From Ktedonobacterales bacterium (lineage in GTDB: Bacteria; Chloroflexota; Ktedonobacteria; Ktedonobacterales; JADMIN01), in NCBI GenBank assembly GCA_030167145.1, contig CP126532.1, positions 390,001 through 422,000 of the forward strand: a DNA stretch of 32,000 nucleotides, written 5' to 3'. Shown in pieces: positions 24,793 through 32,000 of the stretch. The position numbers and the translations under genes were made by a program. Every line of letters begins with the position of its first letter. The first letter of the stretch is position 1. The notes beneath the pieces were generated by a model, which did no database searches, was not told the DNA's origin, and was given only the letters and a program-made list of their open reading frames with translations.

Positions 24793-26122
24793 TCTTGCTC
24801 CCGTCACTTCCGCGTGAGTTGCCGGCAGGGAAGCCGCGCCCACTTCTGCCGCGTAACGTCGTCGAGCGGCGATTGGACCTCGGCGGGGGCGGCGGTGGAA
24901 TACGCTCGCCAGGATAGGTGGTCGTTGGCTGTTGCTTGGAGCTGACGATCTCTTGTGTTCGCGAGCGGATATCCCGATCAATGTCGCGTATCTGGCGGCG
25001 CGTGCGCATGAAGATGTAGAGCAGCGCGATGCCCAACGCGCCCACGATGAGAATGTTCACCAGCACCGTCCAGGGGCTGGTGGGCGCACTGGCGATTGGG
25101 GGATAGCGCACGAGGCCGCCCGCGCCCGCGAAGATGACGGGCTGTTGTGATGTGCCGGGCATTACGAGAATTGCTGTGATCTGATGATGCAGTCCCTCGG
25201 CAAGTAATTTCCACGTACGTCCGCCATCTAGCGAGTGGTAGATAGTTGCGTCAGTGCCAGCATAGAGCGAACCAGGCGCCTGCGGGTCCGCCGCGAGCGA
25301 GAGCACACGCCCAGCGGGAATGCCGGTACCCACCGCAGTCCAGGTTTGGCCGCTGTCGGTGCTGGCGAAGAGACCCTTGTTCGTACCCGTGTAGAGCGTC
25401 GGACCAGTGGCATTCAAGCCGTGGTCGGGCAGTTCGATCAGCGCGAACTCCTGTGGCGGAAGACCTGTGCCGCGCGCCGCCCATGACGCGCCACCGTCGG
25501 TTGACGCAAAGAGGCCTACGCCATCCACCGCCGCATAGAGTGTGTGGGTGGCAGCTTGCCAGAAGAGGGTGTTGATGTTGGCATGCGCAGGCAGGTCATT
25601 GCCTGCGGGCTGCCATGTCTGGCCACGGTCGGCGCTCATATACACGCCGTTCTGCGTGGTTCCCGCGAAGAGCGCATGCTGATCGGCGACGTAGAGCAGC
25701 GCGTCCATGCTGTCATCCGATGGGAAACCTTGCCCGCGTGCGCGCCAGGATTCGCCGAAATCCGTGCTCACATAGAGTCCATCGCTGGTTCCGGCATAGA
25801 CGGCGCCGCCCTGTTGGGGGTCGGGAACGAGCGCCAGGATGACGACATTGCTCGGTATTCCCGCGCTCGTCAAAGGCACACGTGTGTGGTCGGAGAGCAC
25901 GCGATACACAATGCCGCTTTGGCCGCCCGCATACACCAGCCGCGTATTGCTGGTATCGCGCGCCAGCGCCAGCACATTCTGCGTGTCTGCATCGGTCATC
26001 TGCTCCCACGCGCCAGCGTTTGTCGCGCTACAGCCTGCCGCCAACAACGCGAACGCCAGCAACGCAAGCAATCCCAGCGCCGAAGCCTTTCGACTTTTTC
26101 GTTTCCGCACATGCGCCCCCAT
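24782..26122 (-). CDS. BNR/Asp-box beta-propeller lipoprotein (Ycf48/sialidase-like fold) with C-terminal TM anchor and Pro/Arg-rich tail
   Basis: Signal peptide with lipobox 'LLAAGC'. Five Asp-boxes fit S-x-D-x-G-x-(T/S)-W: STDFGESW, SADRGQTW, STDGGASW, STDSGQTW, SLDGGRTW. The C-terminal helix is 'VLVNILIVGALGIALLYIF', and the tail contains PPPPPP. An SD AGAGAGG lies 4 nt before ATG 26122. Confidence 0.8.
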   Translation of the reverse strand: MGAHVRKRKSRKASALGLLALLAFALLAAGCSATNAGAWEQMTDADTQNVLALARDTSNTRLVYAGGQSGIVYRVLSDHTRVPLTSAGIPSNVVILALVPDPQQGGAVYAGTSDGLYVSTDFGESWRARGQGFPSDDSMDALLYVADQHALFAGTTQNGVYMSADRGQTWQPAGNDLPAHANINTLFWQAATHTLYAAVDGVGLFASTDGGASWAARGTGLPPQEFALIELPDHGLNATGPTLYTGTNKGLFASTDSGQTWTAVGTGIPAGRVLSLAADPQAPGSLYAGTDATIYHSLDGGRTWKLLAEGLHHQITAILVMPGTSQQPVIFAGAGGLVRYPPIASAPTSPWTVLVNILIVGALGIALLYIFMRTRRQIRDIDRDIRSRTQEIVSSKQQPTTTYPGERIPPPPPPRSNRRSTTLRGRSGRGFPAGNSRGSDGSKNGE

Positions 26123-26143
26123 TTGACCTCTCTGATGCCGTCC

Positions 26144-27136
26144 TTACGGCAGAATGTCTAGCTCCTGGCCGAGGCCGCGCTCGCGCGCCAACTCATACAC
26201 GCGCCCCGCTGTCGCGACATCTTCCAGTGCGATTCCCAGCGACTTGAAGAAGGTGATCTGCTCCGCGCTGGTGCGCCCCGGAATCTCCCCCGCGACGATC
26301 TGCCCTAGCTCCACTGCGCGCTCGAAATCGAACTCGCGCCGCGCCGCGGGAATGAGCAGATCGCCCGCCTCGATCTTCGCCTGTTCCAGCGAATCAACGG
26401 CAACGACGGAACTGCGTTCGAGGGTGACGGCATCCACTTCGCGCCGGGTGGCCCAGTTTGACCCCATCGCATTCACGTGCGTGCCTGTCTTCAGCCAGTC
26501 GCCAAGCAGCACCGCATCGCGGGCCGTCGTGGCAGTGGTGACGATATCCGCCTCACGCACCGCCTCTTCGGCGCTTGCCACTGGCGCCATCTCGACGCCG
26601 GTCAGCGCTGTCAACTCCGCGCAGAAGCTCTCGCGCCGGGCCTCGTCACGTCCATACACATACATACGCGCGATTGGGCGCGCAGCACACAGCGCGAGCG
26701 CTTGTGTACGCGCCTGGCCGCCGGTGCCAATCACGCTTGCGATGCGCGCATCCGCACGCGCCATATAGCGTGTCGCGAGACCTGAGGCCGCGCCGGTACG
26801 CATCTGGCCAAGCAGATCAGCTTCGATCAGCGCGAGCAGCCGCCCGTCCGCGCCGGAATAGAGGAGGACGACGAAGCGCACACCACTGGCAAACGCGGTA
26901 TACGCCTTGAAGCCCAGGAGGCCAGGGCCGTCCTGTTCGGGATGGCCCGGCTGGCCGGGCACGTAGGCCGAGAGAAGATGCAACACGCCGCGCGCTTCGG
27001 GCAGCACGATGCGCGAGCGCGGTGTGTTGCGCGCATTGCCCGTCGCCTGATGGCGGAACGCCGCGTCCAGCACGTCGAGTGTGTCGGGCATCGAAAGCAC
27101 AGCGCGCACGTCATCCTCGCGCAGCACCAGCGCCAT
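26144..27136 (-). CDS. Ornithine cyclodeaminase / mu-crystallin family NAD(P)-dependent enzyme
   Basis: 'LREDDVRAVLSMPD.LDVL..AF' is an OCD N-terminus. The Rossmann motif is 'VIGTGGQARTQALAL', followed by 'VNAMGS'. An SD AAGGGAGG lies 7 nt before ATG 27136. Confidence 0.9.
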   Translation of the reverse strand: MALVLREDDVRAVLSMPDTLDVLDAAFRHQATGNARNTPRSRIVLPEARGVLHLLSAYVPGQPGHPEQDGPGLLGFKAYTAFASGVRFVVLLYSGADGRLLALIEADLLGQMRTGAASGLATRYMARADARIASVIGTGGQARTQALALCAARPIARMYVYGRDEARRESFCAELTALTGVEMAPVASAEEAVREADIVTTATTARDAVLLGDWLKTGTHVNAMGSNWATRREVDAVTLERSSVVAVDSLEQAKIEAGDLLIPAARREFDFERAVELGQIVAGEIPGRTSAEQITFFKSLGIALEDVATAGRVYELARERGLGQELDILP

Positions 27137-27166
27137 GGCTGAACCTCCCTTGCATGGGCGTGGACG

Positions 27167-27400
27167 CTATCCGCCGCCCACAGGCGCAAAAAGCTCAAGG
27201 CGGTCGCCTTCGCGCAGTGGAATACCTTCGCGCAGCACCCTGTTGTCCCGGCGCACTAACGGCAGTTCGTCAGGATCAGCACTGAGGGCGTGAGCCAGGT
27301 CGGCAAGTGTCGCGCCATCTGGCAGGTCCACGGTGCGCTCAGGCTGCCCACCAAGAAGATAGCGACGCGGTTCGCCGAAGGCGACAACCGTTACGTACAT
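27167..27400 (-). CDS. ThiS/MoaD-like beta-grasp small protein ending in Gly-Gly-Gly
   Basis: 77 aa ending '...LELFAPVGGG-stop', the size and C-terminal GG of sulfur-carrier/ubiquitin-like proteins. An SD GAGGGGAAG lies 6 nt before ATG 27400 and sits inside the end of the upstream gene, whose stop is at 27403-27405. Confidence 0.7.
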   Translation of the reverse strand: MYVTVVAFGEPRRYLLGGQPERTVDLPDGATLADLAHALSADPDELPLVRRDNRVLREGIPLREGDRLELFAPVGGG

Positions 27401-27402
27401 GG

Positions 27403-28773
27403 TCAGCTTCCCCTCTGGCGAAGCAATTCGTCCAGCGCATCTACGATGATCTGGTTTTCTTCTACGGTGTTGTAGAAATGCGGCGAGATGCGGAGCAGAC
27501 CAGGGCGGTAATCTACCACGATACCACGCTCACTCAGCGCCTTGACCAATTCATCGGGCCGGTCGAGTCCAAGCATGACGATAGAGCTTCGCTGCGTGCC
27601 ATCCAGCGGACTCCGTACCGGCCAGCCCTTTGCCTGGACGCGCCGCACCAGATCGTCAGCCAAGAACATGGTGCGCTCGCGAATGCGCTCAACGCCGATT
27701 TCGAGGATCATATCCAGCGAGGCCGACGCGGTATAGATCGGCGCGATAGCTGGGGTGCCTGCTTCGAGCCGCGAAGCGGTGTCCTTGTACTCAAAATCGG
27801 TGGTGCGAAACTGAAACTGGTCACGAGCGGAGAACCAGCCCGCCACGGTTGGCCGCAACTTCGGGATGAGGTCTTCGCGCACATAGATAAACGCCAGCCC
27901 TGGGCCGCCCATCAGCCATTTAAGCGTGCCGGTGACGAGGAAATCTATACCTAGCGCCTTGACATCAATGGGTATCTGGCCGGTGCCCTGGTAGTCGTCT
28001 ACCAGCAGCAATGAGCCATTGCGGTGCGCCGTCTCCGCGAGCGTTTTGATATCCTGAATATAGCCGCTCAAGAAGAACACGCGCGAGGTGGCGACGAGGC
28101 CGGTGCGGTCATCTATATGCGCGGCAAAGCGCTCGGCGGGGAGGGTGATGCCATCTTCGCTGCGCACAAACTCAATGTCAACGCCGCTCTCTTTTCTGAC
28201 AAGCCACTGGTAGGCGAGCGTGGGAAAGTCCATCTCAGCAAGAACGACCTTATTGCGGTCGCCAAGGTCGAGGCCGCTGGTGATCTCGCTGAGCGCAATC
28301 GAGACGTTAGGGGCGATTGCGATTTCGTGCGGCTGCGCGCCAATCAGCCGCGCGACCTTCTCGCGGACGGCGGCAATCTCGCCAAGCCAGATGCTGTACC
28401 ATGCCTGAGCGCCATGCTCGTTCCAATACTCCTGAAAGCGCGCCATACCAGCCATCGAGCGGAGTGATAGCGGCCCAAGCGAACAGCTATTGAGATACGT
28501 CTTGTGCTGGAGAATCGGGAACTCTTCCCGGTACTTCAGCAGGTCGCGATGTGGCTCGCGCCCAGGCCGCGACGATGTCTTTGGCGATGCGGCGCGCTTC
28601 GTTGAGCCGGTAGTAGAGCTGGTCTTTGCCCGTGTCCGCGCGCCTGCGCTGGCCGAGGAACTGGTCCGCTGCTGCACGTACTGCCCTCTTCTTTCGTGGT
28701 GGAGGATGCCAATCGGCTCCGAATCCGATTGTATCACCATCCGAAACAGGGCATGGACATGTGGGAGAGCCAC
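27403..28773 (-). CDS. Class V-fold PLP-dependent enzyme (kynureninase/epimerase-like, not a canonical cysteine desulfurase)
   Basis: 'YLNSCSLGP' is present. The PLP-lysine region 'VTGTLKWLMGGPG' resembles the kynureninase-type (S/T)xKYLNxGPG motif. 'RLEAGTP' and the C-terminal 'LRISPHFYNT' are also present. The only Cys is in 'NSCSLGP'. The start is uncertain: GTG 28773 (ORF track, no SD) or GTG 28677, which is preceded by AGAAGAGGG (28684-28692) at 6-nt spacing. Either way the N-terminus is Ser/Thr/Arg/Lys-rich low-complexity sequence. Confidence 0.85.
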   Translation of the reverse strand: MALPHVHALFRMVIQSDSEPIGILHHERRGQYVQQRTSSSASAGARTRAKTSSTTGSTKRAASPKTSSRPGREPHRDLLKYREEFPILQHKTYLNSCSLGPLSLRSMAGMARFQEYWNEHGAQAWYSIWLGEIAAVREKVARLIGAQPHEIAIAPNVSIALSEITSGLDLGDRNKVVLAEMDFPTLAYQWLVRKESGVDIEFVRSEDGITLPAERFAAHIDDRTGLVATSRVFFLSGYIQDIKTLAETAHRNGSLLLVDDYQGTGQIPIDVKALGIDFLVTGTLKWLMGGPGLAFIYVREDLIPKLRPTVAGWFSARDQFQFRTTDFEYKDTASRLEAGTPAIAPIYTASASLDMILEIGVERIRERTMFLADDLVRRVQAKGWPVRSPLDGTQRSSIVMLGLDRPDELVKALSERGIVVDYRPGLLRISPHFYNTVEENQIIVDALDELLRQRGS

Positions 28774-28777
28774 ACGG

Positions 28778-30358
28778 CTAGACTTTGGCGCTACGCCATT
28801 TGCCGCTGCGGAAGCGCCAGTAGGTGATACTGGCTTGCGTGCAGTAATCTACCACCATCGCGAGCCGTGCGCCAGGGAGTGCCAGCAGCGGAATGAAGAG
28901 TAGCGCAACCGGCACACGAATGCCCCACGTGCCAGCGGCGCGGACCAGCACCGGGAACTTGGTGTCACCCGCCCCGCGAAGCGCGCCGATGAATACGAAG
29001 GCGATGCCGCAGGCGGGCAGTGTGATGAGCGAGAAGCGGGTGGCGAGGTCGCCCGCATGCAACACGGCGGGATCGGCAATGAAGAGACCCAGCAGAATGC
29101 GTGGAAAGAGACCAGCGAGCAGGCCGACCGAACCAACCATCAACAGGCATGGACGCATAGCTGCCCAAACAGCCCGCGTCGCCAGATCGGGGTCAGCGGC
29201 GCCAAGCGCCTGGCCGACGAGCGTTGTCGTAGCGACGGAGAACCCGAAGCCAGGCAAAGTGCCGATACTCTCGACTGTATTGATGGCAGTGTTGGCCGCG
29301 TAGGCGTCGGCGCCCAGCGGAACCACGACACGCAGAAAGCTGAGAATGCCAATCTGAAACACGGTCAGTTCCGCCGCGGAGGGCAGGCCAACCCGCAATA
29401 CACGGCGCGCCAACGCCACATCGGGCCGCAACGACGAACGGACCAGACGTGGCGCGCGCTTGTGCTCGCGCGTGAGCAGAAACAGCGCCACTATCGCACC
29501 GAGAGTCCAGCCAGTAGCCGCCCCGATAGCTGAACCAAGGACTCCAATGGGGGCAATGCCTAGCGAAGGCACGCCATTCATCAGCGTCCAGGATGCAAGA
29601 ATATTGATGCCGTTGACGAAGAGCATGACACAGAGCGGGCGACGCGCGTCCCCCGCGCCACGCATCGAAGCCGTACAAGCGGACGCGATACCCGTTGCCG
29701 GAAAGCCGAGCGAGTAGAGGCGGATGAAGCTGGCGACGAGGGACGCTTCCTGGCCGGTGACGCCAAGCGCGCGGGTGATGACCTCTGCCATTGGCACGGC
29801 AGCCAGCACCAACAAGAGACCCGCGGTGATGCCCAGCAAGATACCTTGTCCGGCAGCACGTGACGCAAGTCCGCGGTCGTTCGCGCCGGTAGCACGCGCC
29901 ACCAGCGCCGTGACGCCGATATTGATGGCGAAAAAGGATGTCATCACCACCCAGGCCGCCGTCGAAGCCACGCCTACACAGGCGACAGCCGTTGCCTGGC
30001 TGTACCCAAGGAAGGCGATTGCGTGCGCCGTGAGATGGCCGGAGAGAAAGGTGTCGGATGTGCCTACGCCGAGCGCCAGTAGTTGCTCGCCGATGGCTGG
30101 CAGCGCCAACGACCAGACACGTGAACGCAACTCGCGATCAGTTACACTGCTTGCGCTGCCAGTGCTCGTAGCGGTTGCAGCAGGCCCGATGCGGCCGAGC
30201 AAGCGCCGCCAGCGCATACGCTGATGCAGCGCGGCTATGCGCCAGGTAGCCCGGTGACGGGGCGCGGAGGCGCCTAGATGTAGCTTCTTTGTGCGGGACG
30301 AGGAACCAGTGGGGGACGTGGTCGCGCGTAACGGGAGACTGACACGATGCAGACGCAT
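28778..30358 (-). CDS. MATE-family efflux transporter
   Basis: 'LALPAIGEQLLALGVGTSDTFLSGHL' is a MATE N-terminal motif, repeated in the second half as 'VLRVGLPSAAELTVFQIG'. There are about 12 TM helices. The start is uncertain (ATG 30358 or ATG 30217). Neither has a good SD, and about 70 aa precede the conserved core. Confidence 0.85.
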   Translation of the reverse strand: MRLHRVSLPLRATTSPTGSSSRTKKLHLGASAPRHRATWRIAALHQRMRWRRLLGRIGPAATATSTGSASSVTDRELRSRVWSLALPAIGEQLLALGVGTSDTFLSGHLTAHAIAFLGYSQATAVACVGVASTAAWVVMTSFFAINIGVTALVARATGANDRGLASRAAGQGILLGITAGLLLVLAAVPMAEVITRALGVTGQEASLVASFIRLYSLGFPATGIASACTASMRGAGDARRPLCVMLFVNGINILASWTLMNGVPSLGIAPIGVLGSAIGAATGWTLGAIVALFLLTREHKRAPRLVRSSLRPDVALARRVLRVGLPSAAELTVFQIGILSFLRVVVPLGADAYAANTAINTVESIGTLPGFGFSVATTTLVGQALGAADPDLATRAVWAAMRPCLLMVGSVGLLAGLFPRILLGLFIADPAVLHAGDLATRFSLITLPACGIAFVFIGALRGAGDTKFPVLVRAAGTWGIRVPVALLFIPLLALPGARLAMVVDYCTQASITYWRFRSGKWRSAKV

Positions 30359-30383
30359 ACAAACAACCTGCTATGGAACGCCG

Positions 30384-30399
30384 TGTTAGATGAATATCA
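30384..30399. promoter_or_regulatory. Copy 1 of duplicated 16-nt motif TGTTAGATGAATATCA (candidate operator)
   Basis: It matches 15/16 positions of copy 2 at 30509-30524. It lies in the leader between the candidate promoter and the MATE start. Confidence 0.4.
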
Positions 30400-30495
30400 C
30401 ACATACAAAACGCGAAGAGCGTCATCAACACGACAAGGACAATGGGAGTGAAGCCTTGTAGAGTGTAACGTGCACACATGAACAAGGTAACATAG

Positions 30496-30525
30496 ATCGT
30501 AACAAAGATGTTAGATGAACATCAA
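30496..30525 (-). promoter_or_regulatory. Candidate promoter of the MATE operon
   Basis: On the minus strand: TTGATG (30520-30525), an 18-nt spacer, then TACGAT (30496-30501). The -35 element and spacer overlap motif copy 2. Confidence 0.3.
30509..30524. promoter_or_regulatory. Copy 2 of duplicated 16-nt motif TGTTAGATGAACATCA (candidate operator)
   Basis: It matches 15/16 positions of copy 1, 125 nt away, and overlaps the candidate -35 element and spacer. Confidence 0.4.
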
Positions 30526-30551
30526 CCGCTATAGCGTTGGATGTGAGAGGA

Positions 30552-32000
30552 TTATGGTAAGCGTGTGAGTGGCGGCGCGAGCGGCAACTCCAAGGTGAAA
30601 ACCGTGCCAGAACCGGCCTGGCTCTGAACACTCAGTGAGCCGCCGAGCGCCCTGGCGATAGCGTTTGCTATCGGCAACCCCAGCCCAGAGCCTTCTGATC
30701 CAACATGCGCGCGATTCCCGTGCTCTTCGTCCGCGAGCGGCGGAATGGTCGGCGTCGGGCGATTCTGGCTCTGTGCGTGTCGTCGGCCCGTCCGCGCAGC
30801 ACGATAGAAGCGGTCGAAGATATGTGGCAGATCGTCGGGCGCAATACCCTCACCGTTGTCAGAGACGCTGACAATCGCGTTGCGTTCGGTGCGGTGTACC
30901 CACACGCGCACCCATCCGGAGGCATCTTGTCGCCCATATTTCAGCGCATTATCGAGCAGGATGAGCAGTACTTGCTTGAGCCGGTCGGCATCGGCGAGCA
31001 CCTCAAGCCGCCCTGCGCCATCGCCACGCATCGCCACCTCACGCTCGCCAGCGAGAATACGCGCCTGATCCACCGCTTCGCCAACGAGGGCCGTGAGGTC
31101 GAGGCGGCGAACCTCCAGCGGGCGCCCTACATCCAGCCGGGCGAGCGTGAGCAAATCATTCACGAGGCGCGACATGCGCTCAGCCTCGCCACGTACCGCC
31201 AGCAAGACATGCTGGGCAGTTTCCGGGTCATCGCGCACCGCACCGCGCAGCAACACATCCATGTATCCGCGAATGGAGGTAAGCGGAGTACGCAATTCAT
31301 GTGAAGCATCGGCGATGAACTGGCGCATGCGCTCCTCCGAGTGCTGCTGCGCAGCGAACGCGCGCTCGATGCGGGCGATCATCTCATCGAACGAATCGGC
31401 TAGCTGGCCAATTTCATCGCCACCGTGTGGCAGACGAACACGTTGCGAGAGATCACCCGAGGCGATACGGCGCACCGTCGCGGTCATGCGCGTGAGCGGG
31501 CGCAGCGCGCTAGCGGTGAGCGGGCCACCCACCACCACGCCCACGACGAGAATCAACAGCATTGCCAGCAGGAGCAAAATATTCAGATCGGCCAGCGCTA
31601 CGCGGGTCGTCCGGTAGGTGGTGACGACTTCTACGATGCCGAGCGCATTGTTGTTGGCATTGACGCAGCGTGAGACAGTGTTGTAGCGCACAGGAATCAG
31701 AATGATGCCCAGGCGCTGGCCATCTGACCCGGAAGCGTCGTAGCTGACCGTCGCGCCGTTGATCGGGCCAAAGGCGCTGCCCTGGCGCGATTTCGCGACA
31801 GCGGCGAGCGTCTGGCTCAAATGCTTGCGGTCCAGATAGGGGGCATTGTCGCCTACCGGTGTCGCGCCATCTTCAGGAGCAATGACAGCGCCATTGAGAT
31901 CCAGCAGATAGGCTGCCTGAAACGCAGGGTGGCCAACAGTAAGTTGGTTTGCGATAGCTTGTTCGAAAGCCTGCTGATAGCTCAGCGCATCGGTGCAATT
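30552..32000 (-). CDS. Sensor histidine kinase (periplasmic sensor, TM, HAMP, HisKA, HATPase_c); 5'-truncated by the window edge
   Basis: HAMP 'LRPLTRMTATVRRIASGDLSQRV', H-box 'ADASHELRTPLTSIRGY', N-box 'LLDNALKYG', G-boxes 'DNGEGI' and 'GSGLGLPIA'. The ORF track starts at TTG 31820. I translated the frame upstream by hand and it stays open to nt 32000 (...AAYLLDLNGAVIAPEDGATPVGDNAPYLDRKH-), so the gene continues beyond the window. Confidence 0.9.
   Translation of the reverse strand, partial: NCTDALSYQQAFEQAIANQLTVGHPAFQAAYLLDLNGAVIAPEDGATPVGDNAPYLDRKHLSQTLAAVAKSRQGSAFGPINGATVSYDASGSDGQRLGIILIPVRYNTVSRCVNANNNALGIVEVVTTYRTTRVALADLNILLLLAMLLILVVGVVVGGPLTASALRPLTRMTATVRRIASGDLSQRVRLPHGGDEIGQLADSFDEMIARIERAFAAQQHSEERMRQFIADASHELRTPLTSIRGYMDVLLRGAVRDDPETAQHVLLAVRGEAERMSRLVNDLLTLARLDVGRPLEVRRLDLTALVGEAVDQARILAGEREVAMRGDGAGRLEVLADADRLKQVLLILLDNALKYGRQDASGWVRVWVHRTERNAIVSVSDNGEGIAPDDLPHIFDRFYRAARTGRRHAQSQNRPTPTIPPLADEEHGNRAHVGSEGSGLGLPIANAIARALGGSLSVQSQAGSGTVFTLELPLAPPLTRLP

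Noticed and set aside
24793-24981. 63-codon N-terminal extension of the bPH membrane protein ORF
   Set aside because: It would overlap the BNR gene's C-terminal tail by 200 nt in another frame. ATG 24792 has a GGGAG SD and gives only an 11-nt overlap.
25544-27954. Plus-strand ORFs of 200-215 aa (25544-26161, 26154-26768, 27307-27954)
   Set aside because: All are antisense to the BNR, OCD and PLP-enzyme genes. Their compositions are Arg/Ala/Ser-rich shadow-type and they have no SD.

Overview
High-GC (visibly about 60% or more, not computed), gene-dense bacterial chromosomal window. I call 23 protein-coding genes. I found no rRNA, tRNA, CRISPR array, transposase, integrase or other mobile-element hallmark. 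The gene content (HTH-NB-ARC-TPR STAND protein, Pro/Thr-rich linkers, F420-type LLM oxidoreductase, MglA, DUF2079) suggests a Chloroflexota/Ktedonobacteria-like or actinomycete-like organism, but this is a low-confidence inference.

Housekeeping genes:
- ppk1 plus a ROK sugar kinase (3-3266)
- the prmA-rsmE pair (15356-17088)

Accessory or poorly understood content:
1. A co-directional minus-strand block (30358 down to 23605) encodes a MATE exporter, a class-V PLP enzyme lacking a desulfurase cysteine, a 77-aa GG-terminated ThiS/MoaD-like beta-grasp protein, an ornithine-cyclodeaminase-family enzyme, a BNR/Asp-box beta-propeller lipoprotein and a bPH-like membrane protein. It lies downstream of a 5'-truncated sensor histidine kinase and an AT-richer intergenic region carrying a duplicated 16-nt motif. 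I consider this the best candidate for an undescribed small-molecule pathway.
2. A soluble coupling-protein/HerA-like P-loop ATPase with a roughly 440-aa unassignable N-terminal region and no conjugation context (6216-8759).
3. An HTH-NB-ARC-TPR STAND NTPase (10134-12761), divergent from an orphan family-5 ABC substrate-binding lipoprotein.
4. A GT2 / flippase-like (UPF0104) / DUF2079 three-gene envelope-glycosylation-type operon (17953-22299) with a near-consensus promoter.
5. An mglA-type Ras-like GTPase with no adjacent mglB, next to an FlK-like hotdog thioesterase.
6. A Trp-rich orphan ORF in a lower-GC patch (17143-17856).

Several ORF-track starts were revised using Shine-Dalgarno spacing and overlap logic. 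All family assignments come from motif recognition by eye. No searches were run.
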